Under the pieces are notes generated by a model. It had not been told where the DNA came from, searched no databases, and was given only the letters and a program-made list of their open reading frames with translations. The position numbers were made by a program, and so were the translations under genes. Of a stretch of 64,000 nt of DNA, positions 47,205 through 56,470 are shown one piece after another (position 1 is the stretch's first letter; every line of letters begins with the position of its first letter). Location of the stretch: IMG/VR virus record IMGVR_UViG_3300035670_000147, positions 1 through 64,000 of that record, one strand, 5' to 3'. Source of the DNA: a virus.

Positions 47205-47630
47205 ATGTCCGATACGAACACGCTTGTACAGAAAGTCATCGACTACATCGGTTATTCCGATGCCGCGCTGACCAAGGCTGCTGCGGCGATCAAGGCGCAG
47301 GAAGAGCAGGCCGAAAAGTTGGCCGCGCTTATTCCGGCCGCGGTCGAAGCCTGCGTTGAACACGAACGTATTGAAGCCCACCAGAAAGAGGCGCTTGAGA
47401 AGGCGCTTCACGATCCGGTGCGCACAATGGAACTTGTCGTCAAACTCGCCGGCCACAAGAACGCCGCCGAGATGGCGCGACTCGGCACACCTGTGGGTCA
47501 GCAGAAGTCCGCTTCTTACGACCCCGATAAAAGTTTGACGAGCGGGTATGTGGGTGCCCGCGATGGTCGCCTCAAGGCCAGCGACATTAAGTTGTTTACT
47601 GGTCTTGGTCTCAATCCGCCCACTACCTGA
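47205..47630 (+). CDS. head-associated helical protein
   Basis: GGAGG RBS; TKAA, EKLA and QKSAS motifs. Confidence 0.6.
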   Translation: MSDTNTLVQKVIDYIGYSDAALTKAAAAIKAQEEQAEKLAALIPAAVEACVEHERIEAHQKEALEKALHDPVRTMELVVKLAGHKNAAEMARLGTPVGQQKSASYDPDKSLTSGYVGARDGRLKASDIKLFTGLGLNPPTT

Positions 47631-47666
47631 TAGATACAATAACTTTTTAGACATGGAGGTCTAACA

Positions 47667-48260
47667 ATGCCTGCTCCTGAGCAAATGTTTACTCACGGCC
47701 TTGACGTAAAGAAGGGCTGGTTCGACATGGCTTCGCTGGATTACGCAGCGAAGTTGTCGCCCGACGTAGAATTCGTTGTAAAGCGCGGTCGCGTTGTGCA
47801 CGTCGATACGAACGGCGATTTTGTCCCCGGCGTGCACCAAACGAACGTCGCCATCTTCCTGCTCAACGGCAGCGAAGACGCTGACGTCAGCAACCCGGGT
47901 TGGGGTCAGGGTCAGGGTGCCGGCGGCTCGAACGCCACCCAGACCGCTGCTAACTTCATGCACATTGCCGTCGCCCCGACTGGCAAGATGTCTGGCCTCG
48001 TGGCTACCGGCGGTTACGAAATCTCGTCGACCGAATTCGTCGAGACCGGAACTGCTTACGTGCCGGGCCAACTTTTGACTGCGACGACAACGGCTACGCC
48101 GGCTGCTGGTGACGGCCGCCTGACGAACGCCTCTGTCACGCAGTTTGAAACGCCGGTTGTCGGTGTGGTGTCCAGCGGTGTTGCTACGAACCACAATGGA
48201 ATTGCGGCCCTCTCGTTCTGGTGTGTCTGGCTCCCGGGCAGCACCGAATGGGCGGCTTGA
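47667..48260 (+). CDS. putative head decoration/cement protein
   Basis: Beta-rich, immediately upstream of the MCP; GGAGG RBS. Confidence 0.6.
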   Translation: MPAPEQMFTHGLDVKKGWFDMASLDYAAKLSPDVEFVVKRGRVVHVDTNGDFVPGVHQTNVAIFLLNGSEDADVSNPGWGQGQGAGGSNATQTAANFMHIAVAPTGKMSGLVATGGYEISSTEFVETGTAYVPGQLLTATTTATPAAGDGRLTNASVTQFETPVVGVVSSGVATNHNGIAALSFWCVWLPGSTEWAA

Positions 48261-48298
48261 ACTAATCAACCCTAATAGAAGACATGGAGGTCTTTAAA

Positions 48299-49225
48299 AT
48301 GCCCACTCAGCAAGAAGTTCAACTGCTCAACGAGACGCTTTTTGAGCAACTTGACACCCCCGGCATGCAGAAGCAGGCCATTGACGCGGTTAACGACTTC
48401 ACGCGCACCAAAATGCGTGAAGACGGGTTCTACCGGCGGATTATGCCGCCGCTGACCATCACCAACGACGAACTGGACCGTCAGGTTGACACTGACAAGC
48501 CGGTCAAGGTGGTGGACAAGGAGCCCGATTCCCCGGCGGCTGTGTCGCTCCCGTTTGCGACACTCCCGATCAACTTCTACATCCGTGGCCCGCGCTACCG
48601 CGTCATGTTTGACCGGATCGTGTCGCCCCGCGCTGTGAAGGACGTCGACGAACTCCGGACGTATGTCATCGACATCCGTCAGGTGCTCAGCGACAACATG
48701 ATCAAGGACATGCTCGCCGAGGAGGACTCCAAGTTCATCAACGCGATGGACGCCGCGGTTGGCGCCGCGGACACGAACAACGCGTTGTCTGGCGTTCCGC
48801 AGAACGTCACGATCTCGGGCGGAATCACCCGCGAGACGATCGTTGACGCGCTGAAGGTCATGCCGTCGACTCCCAGCCACTTCGAGGTGGAGACTTGCTT
48901 GGTGAACAACATCACCATCAAGGAACTGCTGAAGTTCGGCCGCGACGAGATGGGCGGTGACTTCTCGCAGGACATCATCAAGAACGGTTGGGCGGAGACC
49001 AACTTCCTCAACTGCCGCTGGATTGTCACGATCAAGCGGAATCTTGTGCCGAACGATGTACTGTACATGTTCGCCTCGCCGAAGTTTATCGGCAAGAACT
49101 ACGAGTTGGAGCCCACCACGATGTACATCCGTCGCGAGGCTTACATGCTTGAGTACTTTGCGTACAACACGCAGGGCGGCTCGTTCGGTCACACGAACGG
49201 TCTGGCCAAGGTAACGTTTGTCTGA
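48299..49225 (+). CDS. major capsid protein (HK97 fold)
   Basis: About 308 aa; REDGFYRRIMPP and DMLAEEDSKF backbone-helix pattern; strong codon bias; position after protease, scaffold and decoration genes. Confidence 0.75.
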   Translation: MPTQQEVQLLNETLFEQLDTPGMQKQAIDAVNDFTRTKMREDGFYRRIMPPLTITNDELDRQVDTDKPVKVVDKEPDSPAAVSLPFATLPINFYIRGPRYRVMFDRIVSPRAVKDVDELRTYVIDIRQVLSDNMIKDMLAEEDSKFINAMDAAVGAADTNNALSGVPQNVTISGGITRETIVDALKVMPSTPSHFEVETCLVNNITIKELLKFGRDEMGGDFSQDIIKNGWAETNFLNCRWIVTIKRNLVPNDVLYMFASPKFIGKNYELEPTTMYIRREAYMLEYFAYNTQGGSFGHTNGLAKVTFV

Positions 49226-49256
49226 GCCGTATAAATAACAAAGGAGCACCATCACC

Positions 49257-49649
49257 ATGTCCGAGAACATTAAGGAAGCGGCAGAGCAGGCTTACGCCAC
49301 AGTTGTGACGCAACTTGCTGCGCCATATTTCTTCGAAAAACTCGCCGCGCACGGCATTACGCCGGGCTCGGAGGGTGAAGCCGCAGAAATGTGGACTGCC
49401 GCGCAGAAATTGCACGTGCTCTATACGGCGGAACAGGAAAAAACCGCTGCGGCAAGGCACAGTGGTCTGGCTGCTGTAAATCAGCAACTGGATGCGGTGC
49501 TTGCGGCGGCGACGGGCACCGACGGCGGCGACGAGAAGCAGGCTGCGTTTTATGACGTAGCCGCTCTCGCCGCAGGCCGGCCCGAAATTGCCGATGCTGT
49601 ATTAACCCTGCAAGCCGCCGCTGCTGCGGCCATGCAATCCGCAGAGTAA
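49257..49649 (+). CDS. Ala-rich head-associated protein
   Basis: AAGGAG RBS; FEKLA, EKTAA and EKQAA motifs. Confidence 0.65.
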   Translation: MSENIKEAAEQAYATVVTQLAAPYFFEKLAAHGITPGSEGEAAEMWTAAQKLHVLYTAEQEKTAAARHSGLAAVNQQLDAVLAAATGTDGGDEKQAAFYDVAALAAGRPEIADAVLTLQAAAAAAMQSAE

Positions 49650-49660
49650 CGGAGTCAAAA

Positions 49661-50047
49661 ATGTCCATCACTTCTTCTGATCTTTATACTGTTGTAAAGA
49701 ACGTTTCGGGCAAGACCCTGACGTTCGGTTTTCTGGGGGCGCACGGCAAGACGCTGGAAAGCAACGCTACGTTCACCGTCCCCGGCGACCTTGTAACGAA
49801 ACTGGGCGCGCAACGCAGCCAGCGGAAGTTCAAGGCGCTGGAGCGCGCGCTGACAGAAAATTTGTTGGAAATTGTCAGGTCTCCGTCGGTCTACTTGCTC
49901 AGCGAGTCTGGCAACGTAACCCGCGAACTGGCGATGGCGTCGACGAAAGAACTCGGCACAACTGCCCCGTCTTACAAGGGTGGCGGCGACTTTGTCGAGG
50001 GCGATCTTGACGCCAACGAACCCGAGCCTGTGCCCGAAGGCGCCTGA
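49661..50047 (+). CDS. putative structural protein
   Basis: 128 aa; last gene before a terminator. Confidence 0.65.
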   Translation: MSITSSDLYTVVKNVSGKTLTFGFLGAHGKTLESNATFTVPGDLVTKLGAQRSQRKFKALERALTENLLEIVRSPSVYLLSESGNVTRELAMASTKELGTTAPSYKGGGDFVEGDLDANEPEPVPEGA

Positions 50048-50072
50048 TAACAAAAACAGTCGCAATAAAATG

Positions 50073-50103
50073 AGGCTGACCGATTCGTCGGTCAGCCTTT
50101 TTT
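50073..50103 (+). terminator. Rho-independent terminator
   Basis: AGGCTGACCGA-TTCG-TCGGTCAGCCT followed by a T tract. Confidence 0.9.
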
Positions 50104-50138
50104 ATTTGTATACTAAGACGTAAATACAGGAGCAATTT

Positions 50139-51128
50139 ATGGCCGTCATTGCCACGCCTACGTCTCACGCGCTCGAACAATGCTGTGACAACCGCAATAC
50201 GGCGCCCGTTTTGACGCCTGTTTCGTGCGCGGGGCAAAGCATAGTTAGCGCCCCGATCTCTGAGCAAAACGGCCAGCCCGTCCTGACGCGAATGCGGGCT
50301 ATTTCGATTACACAAGGCCAGTGCGCCACAATTACGTGGCAAATGCACGATAAAGACGGCTTGCCGGTCGACATGTCGGCGTGCAACGAACTGCCGCTAA
50401 AAGTCGTATTGCGCCTGCGCGAACAAATTGCGCTCAGCCACACGTCGCCAACAGTGCAGGTCGACGCGACAGTAACGGACGCAGCGACAGGCAAGATCGA
50501 AGTACAACTAACTAAAAATATGGTCGGAATACCGGGAATCTTTTATGGCGAAATGGCGTTAATCAACATTCCGGCCGAAGAAGCCGGGCTGCCATGCGTC
50601 GTATTCTCGAACACTTTTTACGTAATTATTAACCGCAGCGCTTTTGATGCGCGCGGCGGGCTGAATAGCGGGCCACCGAGTGTTGCCGAGATCAGGCTGC
50701 ATTTACGAGATTCAGCGCCGAATGAAAGTTATCTGTTAGAACATTTAATGTTTGATGACGCGGAAATCGCGCTCGCCATCGGCCGCCCAGTTATGTACTG
50801 GAACGAGACGCCGCCTCCGCTGCGCACATTCAGCACACAAAACTTTCCGTTCAGATATCATTGGCTTGAAGGCATTTGCGCCAATTTATTCATGATGGTA
50901 GCCGAGCAGTTTCGGCGTAATCAGTTGACTTACTCTGCCGGCGGAATTCAAGTAGACGACCAAAACAAAGAATCGTCGTACGAACGCGCGGGTCAGGCGC
51001 GCTGGCAGGCTTACCGCGAATGGGTCAGAGCCACGAAAGCCAGCATCAACCTCGAAAGTTGCTATGGTGAGGTGTCGTCGAACTACAAATACAGCGCCTA
51101 CACCGACGCGATCAGGATTCGGTACTAG
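50139..51128 (+). CDS. putative head-tail adaptor/neck protein
   Basis: N-terminal Ig-like part plus EIRLHLRD..FDDAEI helical adaptor-like part; follows the MCP. Confidence 0.55.
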   Translation: MAVIATPTSHALEQCCDNRNTAPVLTPVSCAGQSIVSAPISEQNGQPVLTRMRAISITQGQCATITWQMHDKDGLPVDMSACNELPLKVVLRLREQIALSHTSPTVQVDATVTDAATGKIEVQLTKNMVGIPGIFYGEMALINIPAEEAGLPCVVFSNTFYVIINRSAFDARGGLNSGPPSVAEIRLHLRDSAPNESYLLEHLMFDDAEIALAIGRPVMYWNETPPPLRTFSTQNFPFRYHWLEGICANLFMMVAEQFRRNQLTYSAGGIQVDDQNKESSYERAGQARWQAYREWVRATKASINLESCYGEVSSNYKYSAYTDAIRIRY

Positions 51129-51154
51129 TATCGCATTCTAGAATTTGGAATATT

Positions 51155-51238
51155 CGCCGTAAGTCGTTTATTTTCAAACACTTACGACGTCAGGGTATTG
51201 CTTGCGCGCCGTAAGTCGTTTATTTTCAAACACTTACG
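51155..51238. repeat. two identical 32-bp direct repeats, each with inverted ends CGTAAGT...ACTTACG
   Basis: CGCCGTAAGTCGTTTATTTTCAAACACTTACG at 51155-51186 and 51207-51238. Confidence 0.9.
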
Positions 51239-51415
51239 CAATTCGCGAATAGCGAACGTGTTACGGAACGTAGGTCGAAATTTTTTTTGACCGAGGTTTT
51301 GTAACACCTAAATATCCGGCAAAAACGCGGCATATTTGGTAGTGCACGTTTTTTATTGCCGGTCGAACGCGCATTCTCCGGCAATTTCCTTCCACTGCGC
51401 GGTGGAGAATACCAA

Positions 51416-51949
51416 ATGAAGAGCGTGAGTTTAGCCACTCAGGACGTTTTGGCTCAGTTTCGCAAAAAGGCGGCTGATTTGCCGTACGAGTCCCACCCTT
51501 ACGCGAACGCCGCACGCGGTCGCGACAATCTCGGTCTTTCCGAGTGGACCGAGGAGCACCGCCACGACGCCACGATGGCGATGGCTATGTGGGTGACCAT
51601 GATCGTCGGCCAGTCGATTGCGTCGACGCTGAACGAAATGGTGGCGCTCATGAAAATCGCCTGCGAAACGGGCGACGAAGAGCATAAGAAGGCCGCCGAC
51701 GAACTCGCGGGGTCTATGACGTTTGTTGAGAACGTTTTTAAGACTTTTATGTGCTCTATCGATTTTGAGCACGTCGCTGAGCAATTGTTTGCGGACGGCG
51801 AAAAGATGGAGAAAGAGCGTCGCGAAGAATTCGCGGCGGCGGAGGCGGCGAAGGCAAAGGTTGCGAAGTCAAATATCGACAACCCAACCCCGAGCCCGGC
51901 GCCCCTGAGCGGCACCGTTCACCGGCGCTGGGAGCCGAGCCAGAACTAA
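51416..51949 (+). CDS. hypothetical protein
   Basis: GGAG RBS; helical 177 aa. Confidence 0.7.
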   Translation: MKSVSLATQDVLAQFRKKAADLPYESHPYANAARGRDNLGLSEWTEEHRHDATMAMAMWVTMIVGQSIASTLNEMVALMKIACETGDEEHKKAADELAGSMTFVENVFKTFMCSIDFEHVAEQLFADGEKMEKERREEFAAAEAAKAKVAKSNIDNPTPSPAPLSGTVHRRWEPSQN

Positions 51950-51971
51950 CGCAACAGCGTTAGCGGCCGAG

Positions 51972-52018
51972 AAAGAGCCACCCCAGAATGCAGTCTCTGG
52001 GGTGGCTCTTTTATTTTT
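51972..52018 (+). terminator. Rho-independent terminator
   Basis: AAAGAGCCACCCCAGA...TCTGGGGTGGCTCTTT followed by T-rich sequence. Confidence 0.8.
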
Positions 52019-52036
52019 GACTGCGCAGGAGCAAAC

Positions 52037-52867
52037 ATGTCCGCTTCCGTTGAAACGCTGCTGCCCGGCTATCACGCGCGGCGGCGTGAAAGTTTGGCCG
52101 CCAAGTTGTTGGCGCTCGTCACCGACACGGTTCGTGCCGCACTCCTTGTCGGGGCTCCCGGTACCGGAAAGACTTTCTTTGCCGAGTGCTTTGCGCGCGG
52201 CAGGAAGGCTAAACACTACTTCATTCCGTGCCATCCTTGGTTGACCAACGAAGAGGTTAATCAGGGCGTGGATATCGGCAAGGTGGCGGTCGGCGTCGCG
52301 CACGCAGATGAGGCGTATCTTGACGGCCAGTTGCTGCGCGCGGTCAAAGCAACGGCACATCACGACGTCGTCATCACGCTCGACGAGGTGGAGAAGGCCG
52401 GCAGTCGGTTCTACCCGCTTATTCTGGACTTTCTCCAGCACGGGCGGGTGCCAGACGCGCGACACCACATGCACCAAGCCGACCTGAAACGACTCTTTAT
52501 CGTGCTTACCGCGAACGAAGAGACGGACTTGCCCGAAGCCGTGAAGCGTCGATGTTTTCGCGTGATCATGGAATTCCTTCCTGAGCACATCGAGGTCGAC
52601 GTCTTACGGAAATCGACCGGCGCGCCGGGAGGGGCTTGTCGGCTGGCGGTGCGCATGGCGAACGCCATTCGCACCCGCGGCGAATCCAAGCCGAGCCTTC
52701 AGGAGTTGCGTGAACTTCTGCGGTCTCGTGTTTTGGTGGAATCCGCGGCGGACACAGACGCGCTGATTGACGGGTTTCTCGTAAAGGACCCGAAGGACCG
52801 CGCCGCAATCGAACGTGAAATTCGTTCGCCCGGCGCAGTCTTGTTCGGCGAGTTCGGGAGGAAGTAG
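52037..52867 (+). CDS. MoxR-like AAA+ ATPase
   Basis: Walker A GAPGTGKT, Walker B TLDEVEK, sensor LTAN, L-x-x-A-x-x-RR. Confidence 0.88.
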   Translation: MSASVETLLPGYHARRRESLAAKLLALVTDTVRAALLVGAPGTGKTFFAECFARGRKAKHYFIPCHPWLTNEEVNQGVDIGKVAVGVAHADEAYLDGQLLRAVKATAHHDVVITLDEVEKAGSRFYPLILDFLQHGRVPDARHHMHQADLKRLFIVLTANEETDLPEAVKRRCFRVIMEFLPEHIEVDVLRKSTGAPGGACRLAVRMANAIRTRGESKPSLQELRELLRSRVLVESAADTDALIDGFLVKDPKDRAAIEREIRSPGAVLFGEFGRK

Positions 52868-52937
52868 TCAACGGGGCGCGACTCTGTGGCGGGAGTCGCG
52901 CCCCGTACACCCACGCCACGAAAGGAGGTTGCAAATC

Positions 52938-54389
52938 ATGGCTATAACACTTCGTGAAATGCAGAAGTTTTTGAGCCTGTCGCGGCGCGACGGGGTGGTG
53001 GATTCTGCGCTATACCCGTGGCGCAAAACCGTAGCGCGATTTGCCAATTTCGTGGCGGGGCATAAGCGCTTTCGTAGAGTAGTACTTGACCGCGGATTAA
53101 TTGTAAACACGTGCACTTGCAACGAATGCGTGTTTGCCGGGCGGACAACCAACCCGCAGTCGCTTGTCGACTCGTTAACGCGACGCTACGGTCCTTATGC
53201 CGATCTTGATGACGTTTTGAACGATCTGGAGCGAGCGGCCGCCGAAAAGCAGCCGCAGCAACCCCAGCAAAACGAGCAAAGTCAGCACGAGCAGCCGGCG
53301 CAGGAGCAGGAGCCGCAAAACCAGCAATCGCAGGGCGGTCAGGGTTCGGACAGCGATCAGGACGGCGATCCCGACCCCGACGGGGCGGGAGAACCTGACG
53401 CGCAGTCTCAGCCCCAGCCGGGACAATCTCGCGCGCAGCCAACCGGTTCTGCGCCTGAGTCGTCTCAGCAGCCGCACCCGCAGCAGGTGTTGCAGCAGAT
53501 GAAAGAGGCTTTTCGCGAGGCAGTTCGGACGGCGCAACGGCAGCCCAACTGCCCCGTTGCCGCGAATAACCTCCGGCAGGCAAAGAAGTTGTTGCGAGAA
53601 ACTCGTAAGCGGGTATCGGTTAAACCGAGACCTGTGCGCGAGGGTCCTTCGCTCTCCGCTCGGAAACACCTGACAACTTCCCACGGGAGGTTGCGGCGTG
53701 TGCCGCAAAATTTGCGGAGTCAGATGGCCGAACTGATTAATCGGCTAGTCTTACAGGCCGGGACATCAGGTTCCCAACTGGGTCCTATTCCTGTATTGAG
53801 CCCGCGTAAACTTGTAAATAGGATGCTTGTCCAGCGTCCGTTACAAAACGCACTCAAGGAAGACAGCGTCAGCGGACGTCCGGTTACGCTGTTTCTTCCA
53901 GACATTTCGCCGAGTTGCGAGGCGCAGGCTCAGATCGCCTGCGACCTTGCAAACGCGGCAGGGTACGCCGGAATCTCAGGTTCCGACGTGTTGGTTTTTC
54001 CGCACTGCAACGGCGAAGTGTCCGCGCACGAGGACTACTTTCCGTGGCTTAACGGGAAGCCAGTTACCGACGCCGTCCGCGAGATTCCCAAACTCTACGA
54101 GGACGTTTGCACCGGTCACAGTCGTTTTAAGGTTCGTGTTGTCGTCTTACTAGGCGACCACGACGCGGTTCATCATTACGAGAAAATCGCGGCACTCAAG
54201 ACGGTGCTCCGAGTCGTCTGGCTGCATAACTACCGGTCCTCGTCGGACCGGCGTGACGCGGCGCTGGAGGAATCCAGTTCTTTCCTCGCCCCGGGCTGGT
54301 CTACCGAGGTGATGGAAAAGTTGTCGTTGGTGTCTGGCTGCACCACGACGACAACAATGCTTCGCGGCTTTGGTTTGGCCGTGAAGTAA
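52938..54389 (+). CDS. VWA-like (MIDAS) partner protein with Gln/Pro-rich linker
   Basis: AAGGAGG RBS; LFLPDISPS (DxSxS) and VVLLGD; follows the MoxR ATPase. Confidence 0.7.
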   Translation: MAITLREMQKFLSLSRRDGVVDSALYPWRKTVARFANFVAGHKRFRRVVLDRGLIVNTCTCNECVFAGRTTNPQSLVDSLTRRYGPYADLDDVLNDLERAAAEKQPQQPQQNEQSQHEQPAQEQEPQNQQSQGGQGSDSDQDGDPDPDGAGEPDAQSQPQPGQSRAQPTGSAPESSQQPHPQQVLQQMKEAFREAVRTAQRQPNCPVAANNLRQAKKLLRETRKRVSVKPRPVREGPSLSARKHLTTSHGRLRRVPQNLRSQMAELINRLVLQAGTSGSQLGPIPVLSPRKLVNRMLVQRPLQNALKEDSVSGRPVTLFLPDISPSCEAQAQIACDLANAAGYAGISGSDVLVFPHCNGEVSAHEDYFPWLNGKPVTDAVREIPKLYEDVCTGHSRFKVRVVVLLGDHDAVHHYEKIAALKTVLRVVWLHNYRSSSDRRDAALEESSSFLAPGWSTEVMEKLSLVSGCTTTTTMLRGFGLAVK

Positions 54390-54424
54390 ACGCAGCAACC
54401 GCAGCGCAGAAGGGAGGTAATAAG

Positions 54425-54986
54425 GTGTTTACGTAAATACGGCCCGCGGAGTTAACAACTCGCGCGGGCAATCTATTTTGCGCATTTTAGTTCGTTGGCG
54501 CAGAGTAGACGTAGGACGAAACTAACGAGCACAGGCGAGCGAAAAGTCGCCCGGGGACAAAAGTCGCGACCTCGTCGGTTGCGATACTTTTCGGGGTGGT
54601 TGGTCCTGCACCCATAGAGATACCAGAGAGATAGCCGGGACGTCGCGCAAGCGAAACGCCGGCGACTCGTCTCTGTAAGGCACAGTACCCCGGATTTGTA
54701 GTGGGGCGCGCAAAATGGATAGGCAGGCGCGTTTTATGTAAAATCCGGAGCGCCTGCGGGCGCTTATACGCCACGTCTGAAGGGCCTAGTCCCCGCAGAC
54801 ATGTTTCCTCGTTGTACCTTTCGGCCGCGATAATAATAACTAACGCGCGCCGGTTGTTGCCGCCATGGCCGGTGAACAACGAGCCAGTTAACGCGCGAGC
54901 CCGCGTAAGCGGGTCGTTAACGGGGGACGCCGGGTGGGAGAGTTGCTAGCCTCTCCCACCCGGCGCACATCGCACTTCTTTTTTTT
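54425..54986 (+). ncRNA. candidate large structured ncRNA (about 550 nt), family unknown
   Basis: Dense hairpins, long-range helix, predicted pseudoknot, terminal 16-bp hairpin and T-run; no credible ORF. Confidence 0.55.
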
Positions 54987-55004
54987 AGATATCAGACGCC
55001 GGGG

Positions 55005-55010
55005 TATAAT
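55005..55010 (+). promoter_or_regulatory. -10 box (TATAAT), probably driving a leaderless mRNA
   Basis: TATAAT ends 6 nt before ATG 55017; no SD sequence. Confidence 0.5.
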
Positions 55011-55016
55011 TACGCT

Positions 55017-56306
55017 ATGAGCCAACCACGCATTTTTCCGTTCCGCCGCGTATCTGTCGACCACATGACCCGCGGCGTTTCGCGTGTCTGGTGGCAATTA
55101 GACCGCCTTTTTCGCGACGAGGGTCCGTACTCTTTTCAATTGCAGTACGGCCGCACGGGCGTCCGCGACGCCGCTGACTGGACAAATATCGGGGCGCCCG
55201 TCGTTAATTCATACTTCGCGCTCGACCCAGAGTGGCGCGAAAGCGGCTACGATATAACCTCGCATTATCGTGTCGTTTTAACTACTCCGAACGGTCGCTA
55301 TGTTTCTCAGGCAGCCAGTTGCTTTGGCGAGTTAACCGAAAAAGACTGGTTACTTGCCCGAGAGATTATTCGCAAGGAGCAGTTGCGCAACCGGCTCGTA
55401 TCAATTCCCGGTTATTTGATTAAGCCACTGCGGTACGGTACACCCTGCAAACGGTGCCGCGACCAGTTAACTGACGAAATCTCAGACGCTGATTGCCCGC
55501 TCTGTAGCGGCACCGGTTTCGAGACTGGATACCATACCCCCGTCCCGCTGCAGTGTTGGGATTTGTCGCCGCAAGTTATTCAAGAACAAATCGATAATAA
55601 CATCAAAGGCAATACGCGAGAAAACCCATACGTTAATGCACGCGTAATCGGCTTCCCGGCGTTAAACAAGTACGATATCTGGGCCAACGGCTCGTCCGAC
55701 GAGCGCTGGATGATCGATACAATACAGGTAACAGCCGCCTTGCGGGGCGTGCCGATTATCTATCAAGTGCGCATGGGATTATTACCGTTTAGTAACGCCG
55801 TATACGCAATCGAGATTGGCGGAGAACCAGCCGCTCGCCGCGGGCCCACCCTGCCGATAGAAGGTTGCGGCGACGTTATTGTAGACCACGATTACACGGG
55901 TATTGATGCTTTAATTTATACAACGGCTGCCGGCTGCCCTGTAGAAGGTGCTGATGTTTACTTGTTTACAAAAGAGTCCTTTGACGCGCACGGATTAAAT
56001 ATTGACCGAAGTTTGGCGGCTGGTAAAACAAAAACACGGGTTAACGGGCGCTGGTTACAGTCGCTAAAACTCGACGCGGGCGATTATGTTATCTTGTACG
56101 AGAAGGTCGGCGAGTACGGACCGGACACGCAAGAAATAACCGTCGCGCCTCCCGAGGCCCCGCTGCCAATGTCATATCCGCCGGTTATGGGTTCTCACGA
56201 ACCGCCGCCGGCGCACCAATTACCGGTCGGACGGAAAATACGTACTGTTGTGCCCGGCCGCCCGTCGCCGCCCGATCAGACCGAAAAAGGTTTCTGGGAT
56301 ATATGA
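55017..56306 (+). CDS. putative neck/head-closure protein
   Basis: CxxC...CPLCSGTGF.GY motif; lies between the head and tail genes. Confidence 0.55.
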   Translation: MSQPRIFPFRRVSVDHMTRGVSRVWWQLDRLFRDEGPYSFQLQYGRTGVRDAADWTNIGAPVVNSYFALDPEWRESGYDITSHYRVVLTTPNGRYVSQAASCFGELTEKDWLLAREIIRKEQLRNRLVSIPGYLIKPLRYGTPCKRCRDQLTDEISDADCPLCSGTGFETGYHTPVPLQCWDLSPQVIQEQIDNNIKGNTRENPYVNARVIGFPALNKYDIWANGSSDERWMIDTIQVTAALRGVPIIYQVRMGLLPFSNAVYAIEIGGEPAARRGPTLPIEGCGDVIVDHDYTGIDALIYTTAAGCPVEGADVYLFTKESFDAHGLNIDRSLAAGKTKTRVNGRWLQSLKLDAGDYVILYEKVGEYGPDTQEITVAPPEAPLPMSYPPVMGSHEPPPAHQLPVGRKIRTVVPGRPSPPDQTEKGFWDI

Positions 56307-56470
56307 AAGACCAGCAATTATCGCCGGACAAAGTGAAACTGTTCGAAAAGCCGATTAAACTGTTCTCGAAAATCAGCCTGTTTGGCGACGATAAAGAAGT
56401 CAAAATACTCCCGAAAATAGATTTGCGGCGGGAAAAGGAACAAGAAAATGACCGACTGCCCGAATCCTGA
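56303..56470 (+). CDS. 55-aa hypothetical protein
   Basis: ATGA-coupled ORF MKDQQLSPDK...LPES*. Confidence 0.4.
   Translation: MKDQQLSPDKVKLFEKPIKLFSKISLFGDDKEVKILPKIDLRREKEQENDRLPES

Noticed and set aside
51155-51238. Possible mini-CRISPR array
   Set aside because: Only two repeats with a 20-bp spacer, no typical CRISPR repeat termini, and no cas genes in the window
54880-54965. Group II intron domain V/VI
   Set aside because: The AGC-containing stem lacks the DV geometry and AC bulge; no intron-encoded RT and no interrupted gene
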